DNA of 60,944 bases, the filler included, from Dirinaria sp. TL-2023a (Eukaryota): NCBI GenBank assembly GCA_051941275.1. It is 4 parts of 4 records of this genome, joined end to end, with 100 filler letters (N's around TTAATTAATTAA, not from the genome) between each part and the next. Parts side by side here need not be neighbours in the genome. Positions count along the whole stretch, not along the records: positions 45,809 to 60,944 come from JAVEBF010000563.1; 3 more parts are not named here. One strand, given 5' to 3'. A program made the translations under genes and the position numbers. The notes under the pieces were generated by a model. The model was given only the letters and a program-made list of their open reading frames with translations. It was not told the DNA's origin and ran no database searches. Positions 48,877 to 60,944 of this stretch are shown here, piece after piece. How positions within the stretch are numbered: position 1 is the first letter of the stretch; each line of letters opens with the position of its first letter.

Positions 48877-50390
48877 CTTGCTTGTTTGGCATTCAGAAGA
48901 TGAGGAGATTACTTCTGAGCAAGAATGGTGCCTTTCAGCCCAAGATAGAATGATATTATATTGATATGCTTCAATTCTGTGTGAAAATAACAATTTTATC
49001 TTAGCGAACTTTTTTTTCCTGATACCGAGCCAGGCTAGGCTTAGCGGCGGCTTAAGGCTTAGCGGGCAATCATCATTTTAAGTCGCGAAGTCGCCTCGGT
49101 CCAAAGCTTTTCAATTTGCGCTTCGTCGCTTCCCATCCTATCAGTAATATTCATATCACGAAGTCCTCAGCGTAAGGCATCGGGTCACACTTCTTCTACA
49201 TCTCGAGCCTTGTATTGAGCCTCTCTTTGTGCCTCTGTACTGCTTACACTGCGTTACCTATTATGTCCAAAAACCACATGGCATCTTCACGCGGCGTTGT
49301 TAATCTTACATTTTTGATCATTTTATGGACAGACAATCTCAAGCGAACGGATCTGGCTGTCGCTTCGGCACTACATGCCCAGTATACCCTACCCGAGTTA
49401 AGAATCCTTCCCTACAGGCTACTTGCTACTGTTGCATGCAGAGTATTGACGTTCAAGCTTTGACATCATTCCCTCAACCTCAAGAAGTATATTTGAGCAC
49501 TGTACATTCCAGCCGGGTGTCGCTGGCGACAAGCATACCTGTCACCTATCATCTCCGCAGCCTAAGCGCAGACAGCCTTATTGATTTCTTCAGCAGGCAG
49601 TCGCGTGATCAGCAAGCGACGATACTGTTGGCGGAGCAAATGGCGAGAAAAGGGGAGTCAAAGCTGAGTCATTCTTCTCAGCGGGGTTGTCGGATCGGAG
49701 GAAGCGGAACATTGCTGCCTACTTTACGGAAACAAAGATGCTTTGTTGGCTGCGGGGCAGCGATGGATAAAGTAAGGTAATATAGTCTGAGGCCAACGAC
49801 TCCACGATGGCTTTCGGTCCATCACTGGAGATGATGGGCAACTGAGATGGAAAAAGGGCGGATGTTGTTGTAACTGTACTTGTGTACTGAAGTGACCGGG
49901 ATGATGGATGTTGATGGCGGCGAATAATGGTGCCTCAGATGGCTCAGGGTGCTTTCGGGGTTCCTTGGATAGAGGACAAATGATACGCGGATACCTAAGG
50001 TAAGGTAAGGTAATACTAAGGGTTAAAGGGGTTCGCTACCTGGTGTCCTGGTCGGTGCAGAATCCAGCTAGCTGCATGCAGGTGAGGCAGGCTACCTCGA
50101 TGCAGCTAGTGCGGCGTCTGCGCCAATCAGGAGACGTGTCTTGTGTAATCTCAGTGGGGAGCGGGACATGCCACAGCCGACCTAAAAGTCTGTGCTGGGT
50201 CCATTTAAAGACTGGACTTCCTTCTGTCGCGTTTTCCGGCGAAAAGTGATGATTCACGTCTTTAAATACCTCGGCCCTCCTGCCCCTCACGATAAACAAA
50301 CCGCTCTCTGAAGCAACTGCCGACTGCGGAATTTTCGCCAGTGCACTCTGACCTTATTTTACCCTAAGCCACCGCCCACAACGCTCCTGC

Positions 50391-50457
50391 CCTCACCTGA
50401 CCTCTCTCACCTGACCTCACCTAACTCACCTAGTCCCGTGACTCCCTTGACTCCCTT
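50391..50457. repeat. Short CTCACCTGAC/GACTCCCTT tandem repeats upstream of BDF1
   Basis: CTCACCTRA occurs about four times, followed by GACTCCCTT twice. Confidence 0.6.
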
Positions 50458-50998
50458 ATCTTCAAGCTCTCGCTTATCTCGAACCGGTCGCTTTCGTTAG
50501 CCACACCGGTCGCCTTGTCCCACACACACAGACACACACACCAACACCACTCTCCCAATGCGCACAACACTTGAAGCTATTCCCACATTTTGCCACCTCG
50601 AATTTTTTCTAGAAGGAAAGTCGTATTAATAAGCCAAGCATTCACGACTTATTGTTCTTTTACCTTTAATTGTGCGCGTGACTCATTGTTGAGCCAATAC
50701 TTATTCACTTCTCATTACCTCGACGATCTCCACGATTGTTGTGTTTGAACTTTCCGAGAGCGCTCGAGTATCTTCAATCTCTCTTTCTAATCGAACACTT
50801 CCACATTCAAACATCAATAACCACTACGGCGCAAAAGCAACAGTGCGCCATCCTGACTGAAGTTTGATCAGTCAAGCCTCTGTCTCTCAAATGTTGATGT
50901 TCCGTTTATCGGTCGCTGGAGCGCCTTAGTACCATACGTGTAATCCATCAACACTAGAATCTTGGGCACGCGGCTGGTGTGTTGAACGTTGTTCAGTC

Positions 50999-53995
50999 AT
51001 GGCTATGGCCGATTCAGAAGGTCGTACTATCGAGAATAATGGGCCGCTAACGCCTCCTTCTGATGAGCGCATGGATCTGGAGTTGGACCAACAGCATGGG
51101 TAAGCTCCAAATTCTCTTTGTGTGATTTCCCTATCAAACTGCATTGTGTATTTATGGTTATGTGCCACACAGGGCGTTGCTTCAAAACGGCCATCCTTTG
51201 AAGCAGTCTCCGCTAGACAAACCTTCATCGGTAGATCACCCGGCACGCGTCTCGCCTGTGGAGAACTCCAAATCATATCTACAAAATAGTGAGTTGCCTT
51301 TGGAAGGCGCGGTTGAGACCAGTCAGGAAACGATCACTACATCACAACTACCAGCCTCAAGTCAGATGGACGGAGCTTCTACAGCCTTCACTTCATCTGC
51401 ACCTGAAGAAAACGTTGAGCACCAAATATCACTGGAAAATCATAGTGCTGGAGCTGATCCCGGTTTTGATCACATGTCATCCGCGGTGCAAGCGCCAACC
51501 TCAGATTTAAGCGAGGATCACCATCCGACCACTTCACAGCAGGCTGCCAGCACCGAGGAGAAGAATATGGAGCAGGATTCCATTCGCGATTCTAAAATTA
51601 CCAACGGCTTAAATGGCGGTGAAACCAGCGCAGACGATGGAACCTCGCTGCCTATAACGCCAGGCCATCACAAGACTTCATCAGAGCCAATCGAAGGTGG
51701 CAGCGAACCTTCTGCTCCTAACGAAACGGCCACTGTAACTACAATCGAGATTCCTCACCATCCTCCGGTACCAAGTACAGAAGGAGTGAGTGGAGAGAAG
51801 CCTATTGAACCAGCACCTTCGCCTGCGGCACCCTCTGAGGCACAGTCGGTAGGCTCTACAGACGCCCAGTTACCACCAGCGCCCGTATCCCATGATCCTT
51901 CCAACGACCAGGTGATGCAGGACGCGTCTCAAATTCCTGCCAAGATGGCCCGACCTCGTGAAGAAGAAGAAGACGTCGAGAACGAGCCGGCTCTGAAGCG
52001 CCCCAAGACCAATGTCGAAGGGCAAACCTCAACCGACTTCAAGAAGCCAGATTTACCAGAAGTAGCATCGACCGTCAATGGAGTGCAATCTTCCCACACA
52101 CAGACTGACCAGGTCAAACCCCCCACAGGCCCTCAGTATAAACATATGTTACGCGTTCTAGCAAACGTGAAGCGCGCAAAGGATTCGGCTTTGTTCGTTT
52201 TCCCCGTGGATGCGGTAAAAGCGAATGTACCAAACTACTACAATATTATTGATCATCCGATGGATCTGACTACAATTGAGACAAAACTAAAAGACCGCCA
52301 GTATGCGTCAATCGATGCGGTGGTGTCGGATTTCAACCAAATTGTACAAAATACCTTTCAATTCAATGGCGAGCAGCACGCTGTTACTCAGTCAGCCTTC
52401 AAAATGAGAACCAGCTTTGAGAACCAAATGAAGAAGATGCCAGGGCCAGAAGTTCCAGAAAATGCCCCTGCGGAGAAAAAGAAGAGACCCTCGGTTTCTA
52501 CGACCGACAAGCCCATGCCCCCTCGGCGGGAGTCAAGATCTTCTCTGCCGAGCTCCGCGCGCTCTCCCTTAGCACCAGCTTCTCCGCAAACTTTTGCTCT
52601 CACCCCGCAAGGGATGCCTCTCATTCGTCGAGACTCAGCGGCGGACGGACGACCAAAGCGTGAAATCCACCCGCCAGCGCCTCGCGATCTTCCCTATGCG
52701 AACCAGAAACCAAAGAAGAAGAAATACTACTGGGAGCTGAAATTCGCGGAATCTGTGCTGTCAGAGCTCAAGAAGCCGAGGTTCGCCGCCTCGGCGCATT
52801 TTTTCCTCGCTCCTGTAGATCCAGTCGCTCTGAACATCCCCGATTATCACAAGATCATCAAAAAACCCATGGATCTAGGCACTGTGGATTCGAAACTTAA
52901 GCAAGGAGAGTACGAAAACTTGAAGGAGTTTGAGGCCGATGTCCGTCTCGTTTTTTCGAATTGCTATAAATTCAATCCACCGAATAACCTTGTCCACCAA
53001 GCTGGCAAGGAGATCGAGCGTGTCTTTGACGGTAAAATGGAAGGCAAAGAAGCCTGGATCAAGACCAACACGCCAGCTTCTGAACCCCCATCGCCCGGTA
53101 CCTCTCCAGAAGGCAGCGACGAGGAAGATGAGGATGACGAAGAGGAGGATGAGCAGGCGTCCGACGAGGTCCGTAAACTTCAGGAGCAGATCGCGGCAAT
53201 GGCGAAGAAGGTCGAGCTCATCACCCAGAAGAAAAAGTCTCCTCCAGCGACGAGTAAGAAGGCTGCAAAACCTACAGTCAAGTCGGACAAGAAAGCCCCA
53301 AAGAAGGCAGCTCCAGCACCTGCAGCCAAGGCCAAGTCCACTGGAAAGCCAGGGCAGAAGAAAGCCCGCTATGTTACCTACGAAGAGAAGCAGGATATTT
53401 CGAACCGAATCAATGACTTGAATGAGACGAAGATGGGCCAGGCTCTGAAAATCATCCGTGACAACATGCCGAGCCTCAAGGTAAGCCCTAACATCTACCG
53501 TAAATTTTCTTTGAGATTTAAATTGCGAACTATCCTTGATCTACAGCTTGATATATGTGTGAGCGAATGCTTATCATCAACGTCCGCTGTAAAGGACTCA
53601 CAGGGCGAAGAGCTTGAGCTTGACATCGACGAGCTCCCAAACGAGGTTCTGCTAGAGCTTCATAAGTTCGTCAAACGGCATGTCCCAAGAGACACGGATC
53701 AGCCCGAAAAGGCTTCGCCGCCAGTAGCTCCTGCTGTTCCTTCTCGCAAGAAGAACAGGCCGATGGGCAAAACGGAACAGGAATCCACCATCAAGCAGCT
53801 TGAGAGTACGATTTCCAAGTTCGACAACCCCGCATCTGTGCAACGCTCTGTCGAGCAGCCGGCGGCTGCACCTGGTACGTATTATTCTTGGCTTGCTAGG
53901 TTGTGGATGATGCTCACTGATTGCCAGTTCCAAGTGTGGCCCAAGACAACGATACAAGTGGAGATGAAGTCAGTGAGGAGAGTGAGGAGGAGTAG
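50999..53995 (+). CDS. BDF1: BET-family double bromodomain + ET protein, 4 exons
   Basis: BD1 FVFPVDAVKANVPNYYNIIDHPMDL; BD2 FLAPVDPVALNIPDYHKIIKKPMDL...NCYKFN; ET YVTYEEKQDISNRI...ELDIDEL; spliced acidic tail ending SEESEEE at TAG 53993-53995. Confidence 0.95.
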
Positions 53996-54414
53996 AGGCA
54001 CCTTCACCATCTGCGGGCTAAGGTGTTTCGGTAGCAGGCTTGCTGCAGCACTTAATAATGAAGACAAGGCGGCAGTGATACCACAGAATGTAATTGTAAG
54101 TCCGATGTGCGGCATTAGTAGCTGCTTTAGCGAGCGTGTTTTTTTTTTTTAAACTCTCGGCATCAAAGCGAGCGGAGCTGCAAGCAAGATGCAGGAGCTC
54201 TCCAAGGGCTGAGGGAGTGGTAGCTAGAGGCAAGCTCGGTTATGGCGAAAATGTACAGACCAGAGGCAAGCATAGTAGCATACGAAACATAGCATCTGGC
54301 AGCAACATAGCAAAGACTGCTGTCACTACTTTAGCTGTTTTTTCCTTGTGCGGGTCTCTGCTGCATAACGCACATCGTGAGACAATGCTTTTGCTTCCGC
54401 ATGAGCGTAATCCT

Positions 54415-55200
54415 CTATTGCCCAGCTTGAAGCTTTTCCCTCAAAAGCCTGACAATCCATGCTAAGGTATCTGGCAGACTCTGTTGTCCCATCCCAGGCA
54501 CGACGTCTATACCTGCCCGGGCAGCGACATCATCATTCACCTTGCCCTGCACATCCTGACCTTGAAATAAGAAGCCATGCTCCTTGACATAATTCGGCCA
54601 CACGATCCGATCGAAATAGGCTGGCGGATCTTCCCACCACCCTTCGATCGTTGTGTACCCGCTTCGGGCCTCTCGCCGTCTCTTGGAATCCTCGTACCGA
54701 GAGCGAAGTAGGATCCGAACATCAAACAGCGTGCGAAGAGAACGAACGCTGGGCCCCAAGAGGAGGAAGCCATCAACAATCACCAGTCTCCTCGGCTGCT
54801 TCCATGCTTCTCCTACGCATGCGCGGAGGGCATCCTCCCACTGCTTTATCTCGGCTTTCAGCCTTTCAACCACCTCGTCGTACTGTGCGGCCTCCCCCTC
54901 TGCTTCGGGTATTTCCATGCTAGCGACAGCATTCGTCATCCCATTGAGGTCCTCTCCGTTCTTGATCCGTCTCAAGGTGGCCTCCAGTTTGGGCAGATTG
55001 ATGGCTTCCGCACAGTCCCAGTCTTGGACGCCATCGTGGACCGGGATCGCGGAATCGGTATGGTAATAATCGTCCGCGTGGAGGATGGAGGTGGAAGGGA
55101 ATATACGTGCGAGGAGACGTGCCAGCGTCGTCTTCCCTGAAGAGGTAGGGCCGGACAGGGCGACGAGCAGCGGGCGGGAAGTCGAAGGGGTGAAGGCCAT
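54415..55200 (-). CDS. NRK1: Nicotinamide riboside kinase
   Basis: VALSGPTSSGKTT P-loop, ILHADDYY, QDWDC, IVDGFLL, RREARSGYTTIEGWWEDPPAYFDRIVWPNY. Confidence 0.9.
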   Translation of the reverse strand: MAFTPSTSRPLLVALSGPTSSGKTTLARLLARIFPSTSILHADDYYHTDSAIPVHDGVQDWDCAEAINLPKLEATLRRIKNGEDLNGMTNAVASMEIPEAEGEAAQYDEVVERLKAEIKQWEDALRACVGEAWKQPRRLVIVDGFLLLGPSVRSLRTLFDVRILLRSRYEDSKRRREARSGYTTIEGWWEDPPAYFDRIVWPNYVKEHGFLFQGQDVQGKVNDDVAARAGIDVVPGMGQQSLPDTLAWIVRLLREKLQAGQ

Positions 55201-56216
55201 GGGTAGAGAACCTTACTTAGGTCCAGCCACCACTAATTAATTAAGGTACCTTAGAATGTGAAGGTAGCCCGCGAAAGCCATTCCACTGATTTCAGTGAAG
55301 GACGAAGTCGGTAGCGGGCTACCTACTACTCCAGCGACAAGTATACCTTACCTTAGATATATAGAGCCTCCCAACGCTACATTGTGATTATCATATAAAT
55401 TGCGTCGCTTCGAGAAGCCGGCAGCTGTTTCGTGTGGGACGACGAAACGAAAGCTTGATGGCGCCTTATGAAGAATAATCCATGTCGGATCAGCCGGGGA
55501 TTCTCAGCTCATGCATGCAGCGAGAAATGCCTGCACGTGTTGCCGCTGCAGCTTCCCCCTTCTTTTTTCGGTCGGTCAATGGCCATGCTCTGTTCGGGCT
55601 ACTAGCCTACTGTACTGGACTGTACAGAGGGGCTACTGTGCGGAGCAGCTACCGTGCGAGAAAGAGCGAACCAACCGATTCACCCCTTTTACGTGTGGAA
55701 ATGACGAGTCCAGTCAAGGGAATTGGGGGGTTGAGCCTCACCTGGGTACATCTTATCGCCTGCACACTACTCCTACTCTATTCTAGTCCTCTACCCAGAG
55801 CCAACCCCCTCGAACCCCTCGAACCCCCTTCTTATTGCTACCGCTTACAGGGGGCCTTATACGGCAAAGCAACCATCCTGCGACTCAGCCCGCCAACGGT
55901 GTCCTTCTGCCTCCGACGCAATAATAATAATAATCGTTCATGTTTCTCTATATCTGTTACCTGTCTCCGTACTCTTCTCTGCTCATATGATTTTTGCGAC
56001 TGCAATGGCACATACTTCTGGCGACTGAATGGTGTGTCCGGCTCGTTCTACCGCTTCTTGACCGCGCGGCCTGTCTCCGACCGCTTGGTGCTTGAATACC
56101 TGCCTATACCTGTACATGTCGTTCCTGCCACATAGCCAATAATATATTTGGCGAGGATTTTTGGGAGGGGAGCGCTCGCTTGCTAAGCTTCCGCTCTTGC
56201 AAAAAAGCGTGGCTCG

Positions 56217-57516
56217 ATGAGATTCTTTACTCGATTCACCGCCATCGTCGGCGTTAGCTTGATCAGTATTCTTTACCTGGCTTGGGTGCTACCGAGTTTC
56301 AGCGTCAAGAACGAGCTAAAAAATGCATGGAGCAAATCGCCTCGGCGGCTAATCGTGTTCGGCGACTCGTGGAGTGACAACGGCGAATACCCGATAGATC
56401 CCCCTTCAAAAGAACTATCGCCTCCGAAAGACCTGGCACAAGGCAAGGTGTGGACGGAGTGGTTATGCACAGCTGTATGTCGACTGGAAAGGTTCGTAAG
56501 GAGCAGCTGCTAACGGCGGACAGATCTCGTGCACCCACCACGACAACTTTGCAAGATCACTACCGTATTCGTGGATTGAAGGATATAAGGGAGCCGTGGT
56601 AGATAGCGAACTTCTAAACAAGACCTTCAACCATGGGAAAGAAGCAGAAGAGCCTCTGGCCGATTTGAAAACTCAAATACAGCAATGGATCAAGTTCGAG
56701 AAGAAGCAATACATGAGCAGCCGGATACGCGAGAGTGAGAGGAAAGGTACTATATTCACCGTGTGGTTCTCGTTATGGGATCTGTGGTACTACTCAAGGA
56801 AGACCAAAGACGAGGCCTCCAAGGCCGTCGAACAGACCGTAGATAAGTTGTTCGAGCAACTTAACGAGGTCGCGAAAAACTGGGAGGGGAATCTCAAGGT
56901 TGTCATGCCAGAGGCGATTGACCCAACCTTCTTGCCCGGCTGGGTGGCAATGCGAACCGGCCCGAACGGCAACGATCAGAATGCGGACGATCAGCGAACC
57001 GCCGTAAGCCTGGTCCAGCAGTGGAACGCTGCCCTCGATCACAAAGCCAGCAGTTGGGACCGAGGTCAGCTGTATATATACAACACAAACGAGTGGTTAC
57101 TGGACCAGGTTCGGGAGCAGCAGCTGGTCGTGAACGACATGGCCGACCACAACGGGCTCGGCCAAGCTGGCTCGCCCTGGGACAATGTGGTCGACGGCTG
57201 TTTAGGTAGTAATGTGAAGGGCAACACTTCTTCAAGCCTGCCGGAGACTAACACCGGGGTTGCGAGATGCAAAAACCCGAGCAAGTATCTATTCTGGTAA
57301 GCTGATTTCCACGGGCCAGCACCACCCTTGCTAACTGGTGGTAGGGACGATATGCACTTGGGGCCGGCAGCGATGAAGATGATCGGCGAGATGATCGCCA
57401 AAGACATTGCAGAGACACGGGGAAACGTTTGGTTTGCTCATGAGAAGTCGAATGACGGCGGATCGGCCTCGTCGAAGGTCTCGGCTGAAGCGAAACCGAC
57501 TCCAGCATCCCAGTAA
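56217..57516 (+). CDS. SGNH/GDSL-like hydrolase with N-terminal signal anchor, 3 exons
   Basis: Block I LIVFGDSWSD; block V YLF-W-DDMH formed across the GTAAGC...GGTAG intron; hydrophobic N-terminus. Confidence 0.85.
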
Positions 57517-58215
57517 TCCGAACGGCACAATTTCGATCCAGGCCGATGCTTTTGGTTACGTGAAATGTGGGGCCTTTGGAGTGCCTTTGGAGGCATGTTG
57601 AGTATACGGAATCGAAGAGTGCGACAATCTATCGTCATATAGAAGATACCCTTTTCATCCCCCAGCATATGTAAACTATCACGCATTTTTCTCATATATC
57701 AAGCTACAAGCTACAAACTACAAACCCGGGGCGGGCCAATGGATGTTTGTACGGCGCGGCTTGCTTACATTCCTGGCCTGTTCGCATTCTTGCATCCGGG
57801 ATTTCCTTGATAGTGATGTCTCACTCGCAGCCTACTGGCAGCCTACTCGCAGCCTTTCCGCGTTCGGTTGAAGGAGGCTCAAACAATGAACAAAGAGAAA
57901 GCTTGACGCCCCTCAGATCTCCACTCTTGCTAACAGCTCAGCTCCTTCCGCAACCGAATTACCCACACCGGCCACACCGGCCCATCTCCTGCCTGGCCTC
58001 TGGCCTGGTCAGGGCAGAGAACAAAGAAACCCCCTAACACACACAACTTCCCGGCGCGATGACCTCTTCGCTGGGATGGAGGAGCAGTACAAAGAAACTG
58101 CTCTCTCGTCCCATTCCCCGGCCATCTAACAATACTGGTATATGCTTACGCTTTGAGTATCAAAGCCTTCCTTCATATTTGAATTGTTCCTCCGATCAAT
58201 GTGTTTTCTTCTTCA

Positions 58216-60511
58216 ATGTCCTACCATCGAGTACTGCCTTTGCCTGAACCCCTTCAACTCAACCTGAGACCTGGCCACACCGAGCCAGAGTCATTTTCCC
58301 AACACCGCAGAGTCAGCATGGCGAGCGAGAAAGCTGTTGCTACTTCGAAACGGGACCGTAGTCCTGTCTCTCCCCAGCGAAGCTCCTCTCCCGCTGCAGA
58401 CAGAGCGCAGGTTTCGCCAAGTTCAGCCTCCCTGGAGGATTACGTCGATTCACCCAAAGATCGCCCTAGAGATGGCTCGCTGGTGTCGCATGGGGGCAGA
58501 CCACGGTTGCCATCAATCTCCAAGGCCTGGCCAGCAGAATCCCCCAGTGACATATGTCTCTGTCAGCCGGACCCTAAGGTCCCGAGACCAAGGAATGGTA
58601 TGGCGATTCTACCCAGTACTGGGAATCCCAGACTCTGTTTCGGATCCTTTGAATCTACGCATCTCTTGGTCTGATTGCGGTTGAACGTGCCCAGCTAACA
58701 TGATCACGCAGCTTTCATCCTTTACCGCCAGCATTATCAAGCCGCCGTCGTCGCCCAAAACCCTGGTCTCGCCAACCCAGAGATCTCAAAAGTGATTGGC
58801 GAACAGTGGCGAGATTCTTCTATAGAAGTCAAGAACCACTGGAGATCGCTTGCTGATGTACGCTGCCCTTGCCTGGATAGCTCTTCCCCTCTCCGTTCCC
58901 CTCGGAGCTCAGATCATCCCGTGCTGATAGCCAGCCCAGGAAGAAAAGCTCCGTCACCAGAAGCAACATCCCAACTACCGCTACCAGCCCCGGCGCTCTG
59001 GCCGCAATAATAGTCTGAGCTCTCCCCCAGCCAGCGGTGGCGAGATCCCACGCTGCACCAAATGCGGCCGCAAGGCCATCACTCCGGGCATCCCCACCTC
59101 ATCGCCCTTCTTGTCCAACCCAGGAACACCCTACACGCCTTCCCTTTCCCATCAAAGTCCCCATTCCTCTGCCCCTTCATCTGCTCCGCATCGGCCCAGG
59201 CAACTCCAATTGACGAGCTCACCACACGTCAACGGCCCGCCAAGCGCAGGATTCAGACCCGCTCCTGGAATGGGAAGCCCGAGAGGCAAGAGGCCATCTT
59301 TAGGTGGTCCGCTGTCCCCAGATCCAAAGCGTCGACGGCCGAATCCTGTTCCTGGCTATGGCCTCGGTATTCGGAACGCCAATGGTCCTCGAACACCCTT
59401 CTACCCTCCGCCATCACCATCTGGACGACGTGACTCCCTTCCCTTTCCTCATCCAGGCGCGGTCTATCTGCCTCATCCTCAAACGGGGAATCGTGGAGCA
59501 GACTTTGCCATGGGACCGCCACCTCGGCCAATGCACGCGCATTCTCACAGTTTTCAGGATGAGAATTTGAGACTGCCGCCTATACAAACACATATTGCGC
59601 ATCTCAAGGAACATGAAGCGAGTGCCAGTCAGAGCCAGGCCAAAAGTGTCAAGGCAATGGTGATGAGCATTAACGCTATCAACAAGATCAGGGTTTTAGC
59701 AAAGATAGCACCGCCAGCGGACACGGCGGAGCGAAGAGGTGTAGTCATTGCTGTGGAAGCACAGGATGCTAAAGTCGTGCAGCAAGTGACGGATTCTTTG
59801 CGCGATACCCTCGCCGAAGCGGGAAGGATACAAACCTTCAGCTTGTCAGAAGCGAAAAGTGGTCTGGGAGAGAAGGACGGTGATGGCGAAGCAACTTACC
59901 CTGAATACTTGAGCGCGATTCAGTGCGGCCACCATCTGTCTGGCGTGCTCCGCGATTTCATCAATGGCGTCCCTTCCCCCACCACTTCCGAAGCTGCCGA
60001 GAGGGCCCACCGCTACTCCAGCCCCGTCAGCCCGAAGACTGTCCCGGCGCCTAAGACCAGATCCTCCCAGAGGGCCGCCAACGAAGCTGCAGAGGCCGAG
60101 TGGAAAAAGTCGGGCAAAGGCATCCCCATCGCCATCCTGCCTCGTTACCAGCTTTCTCTCTCCGACACATACGCCTGCTCTGTCCCTATCACCGATGCAT
60201 ACTCTCCGGCCGACCACTGGCAGTGGATGGCTACGCTGTGGCGGGGAAGCGTGGGCCCCGATATTACCATCGCTGTGCGATCTGCAGTACCTGAGACCCC
60301 TACGAGCTCCGACATGGGGAAGAGTGGCGGGAAGAACGGGAAAAGCGGAGTGACTGGAACGGTACCTTCGGTGGAGGTCAGGATCGACGATGCTCGGACG
60401 ATCTTGGTGAGGGTTGGCGAGGATGGAGAAGTGACGGAGGGCAGCTTGAGGAGAGTGGGTTTTGAGGTGGGCGAGTGGGTGCGGAGTTTCAGTAAAGTAG
60501 GGGAGGAGTAG
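58216..60511 (+). CDS. Sequence-specific HMG-box transcription factor (Rox1/Rfg1-like), 3 exons
   Basis: CLCQPDPKVPRPRN|AFILYRQHYQAAVVAQNPGLANPEISKVIGEQWR...WRSLAD|EEKLRHQKQHPNYRYQPRR; C-terminal DAYSPADHWQWMATLWRG...LRRVGFEVGEW. Confidence 0.9.
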
Positions 60512-60646
60512 ATTAGGGAGAGTTTCCTTTTTTTTTTTTTTTTTTTTTTGGCATTGGCGACAAAGGATGAGATTCCATGTTTCGAGTTGCCTAGAGTGTA
60601 GAATCTACTGTCTCAAATCTAGATCAGCTTTGGATATATTAATTCA

Positions 60647-60839
60647 TCACAATATCTTTCGCAGATCCTCTAAAACTTCTTCAAAATCTTCCAAATCCAC
60701 CTTCCCGCTCGTGATCTGATCGACCCACCGAGATCGATCTTCGGAAAGCCCGACTCTTCGATCCTGCATCGCTACATACAGGCAGCCGAGCGCAACAGCC
60801 CTGGCAGGGAAGAGGTTCGCAAGCCGGTATTCCTGGCAT
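60647..60839 (-). CDS. Last exon of a cyclin-like protein (5' part outside the contig)
   Basis: After a TAG acceptor: CQEYRLANLFPARAVALGCLYVAM, resembling a cyclin C-terminal box. Confidence 0.55.
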
Positions 60840-60944
60840 CTACATCCAAAGTGCCAAAGAATCTCGTCAGACATGAAATATATTGCAACTATGTGCAGCA
60901 AACAAAAAGCGAAAAAAAAGGGGGGGGCGGGTTCAATATATAGG

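Noticed and set aside
51144..54152. 1002-aa uninterrupted BDF1 ORF from the track
   Set aside because: It starts inside intron 1 and reads through introns 2 and 3; the spliced model 50999-53995 gives typical termini.
55482..56135. 217-aa ORF between NRK1 and the SGNH gene
   Set aside because: No recognisable motifs, includes simple repeats, and occupies a divergent promoter/5' UTR region.
8965..60511. Apparent cluster of chromatin/silencing genes (Clr5-domain, Arb2, KDM5, BDF1, HMG TF)
   Set aside because: They lie on four separate, artificially concatenated contigs.
58216..60511. HMG-box gene as mating-type MAT1-2-1
   Set aside because: The protein is long with a Rox1/Rfg1-like layout, and no APN2 or SLA2 flank is present.

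Overview
Nuclear DNA of a filamentous ascomycete (Pezizomycotina; a lichen-forming lineage is plausible but cannot be proven from this window), with GT-AG spliceosomal introns. The window is not one locus. It is four contigs of about 15 kb (1-15176, 15277-30449, 30550-45708, 45809-60944) joined by artificial N44-TTAATTAATTAA-N44 spacers in order of decreasing length. About 20 genes are readable. Housekeeping and regulatory genes: BAP31, mitochondrial S14, Arb2-domain, Clr5-domain, KDM5/JARID1, SLX1, thymidylate kinase, AMACR, SDR, SnaD-like, UTP5, BDF1, NRK1, an SGNH hydrolase, an HMG-box transcription factor and a cyclin fragment. The most unusual elements are (i) a spliced gene fusing a HeLo-like fungal N-terminal domain to a G-alpha domain with degenerate GTPase motifs, (ii) a free-standing His-Cys box (I-PpoI-like) nuclease with intact catalytic and zinc ligands and an in-frame acidic tail beyond its TGA, (iii) a neighbouring 2OG-Fe(II) oxygenase-like pseudogene, and (iv) a candidate spliced 41-aa micro-ORF. 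All family calls come from manual motif recognition; no database searches were run.
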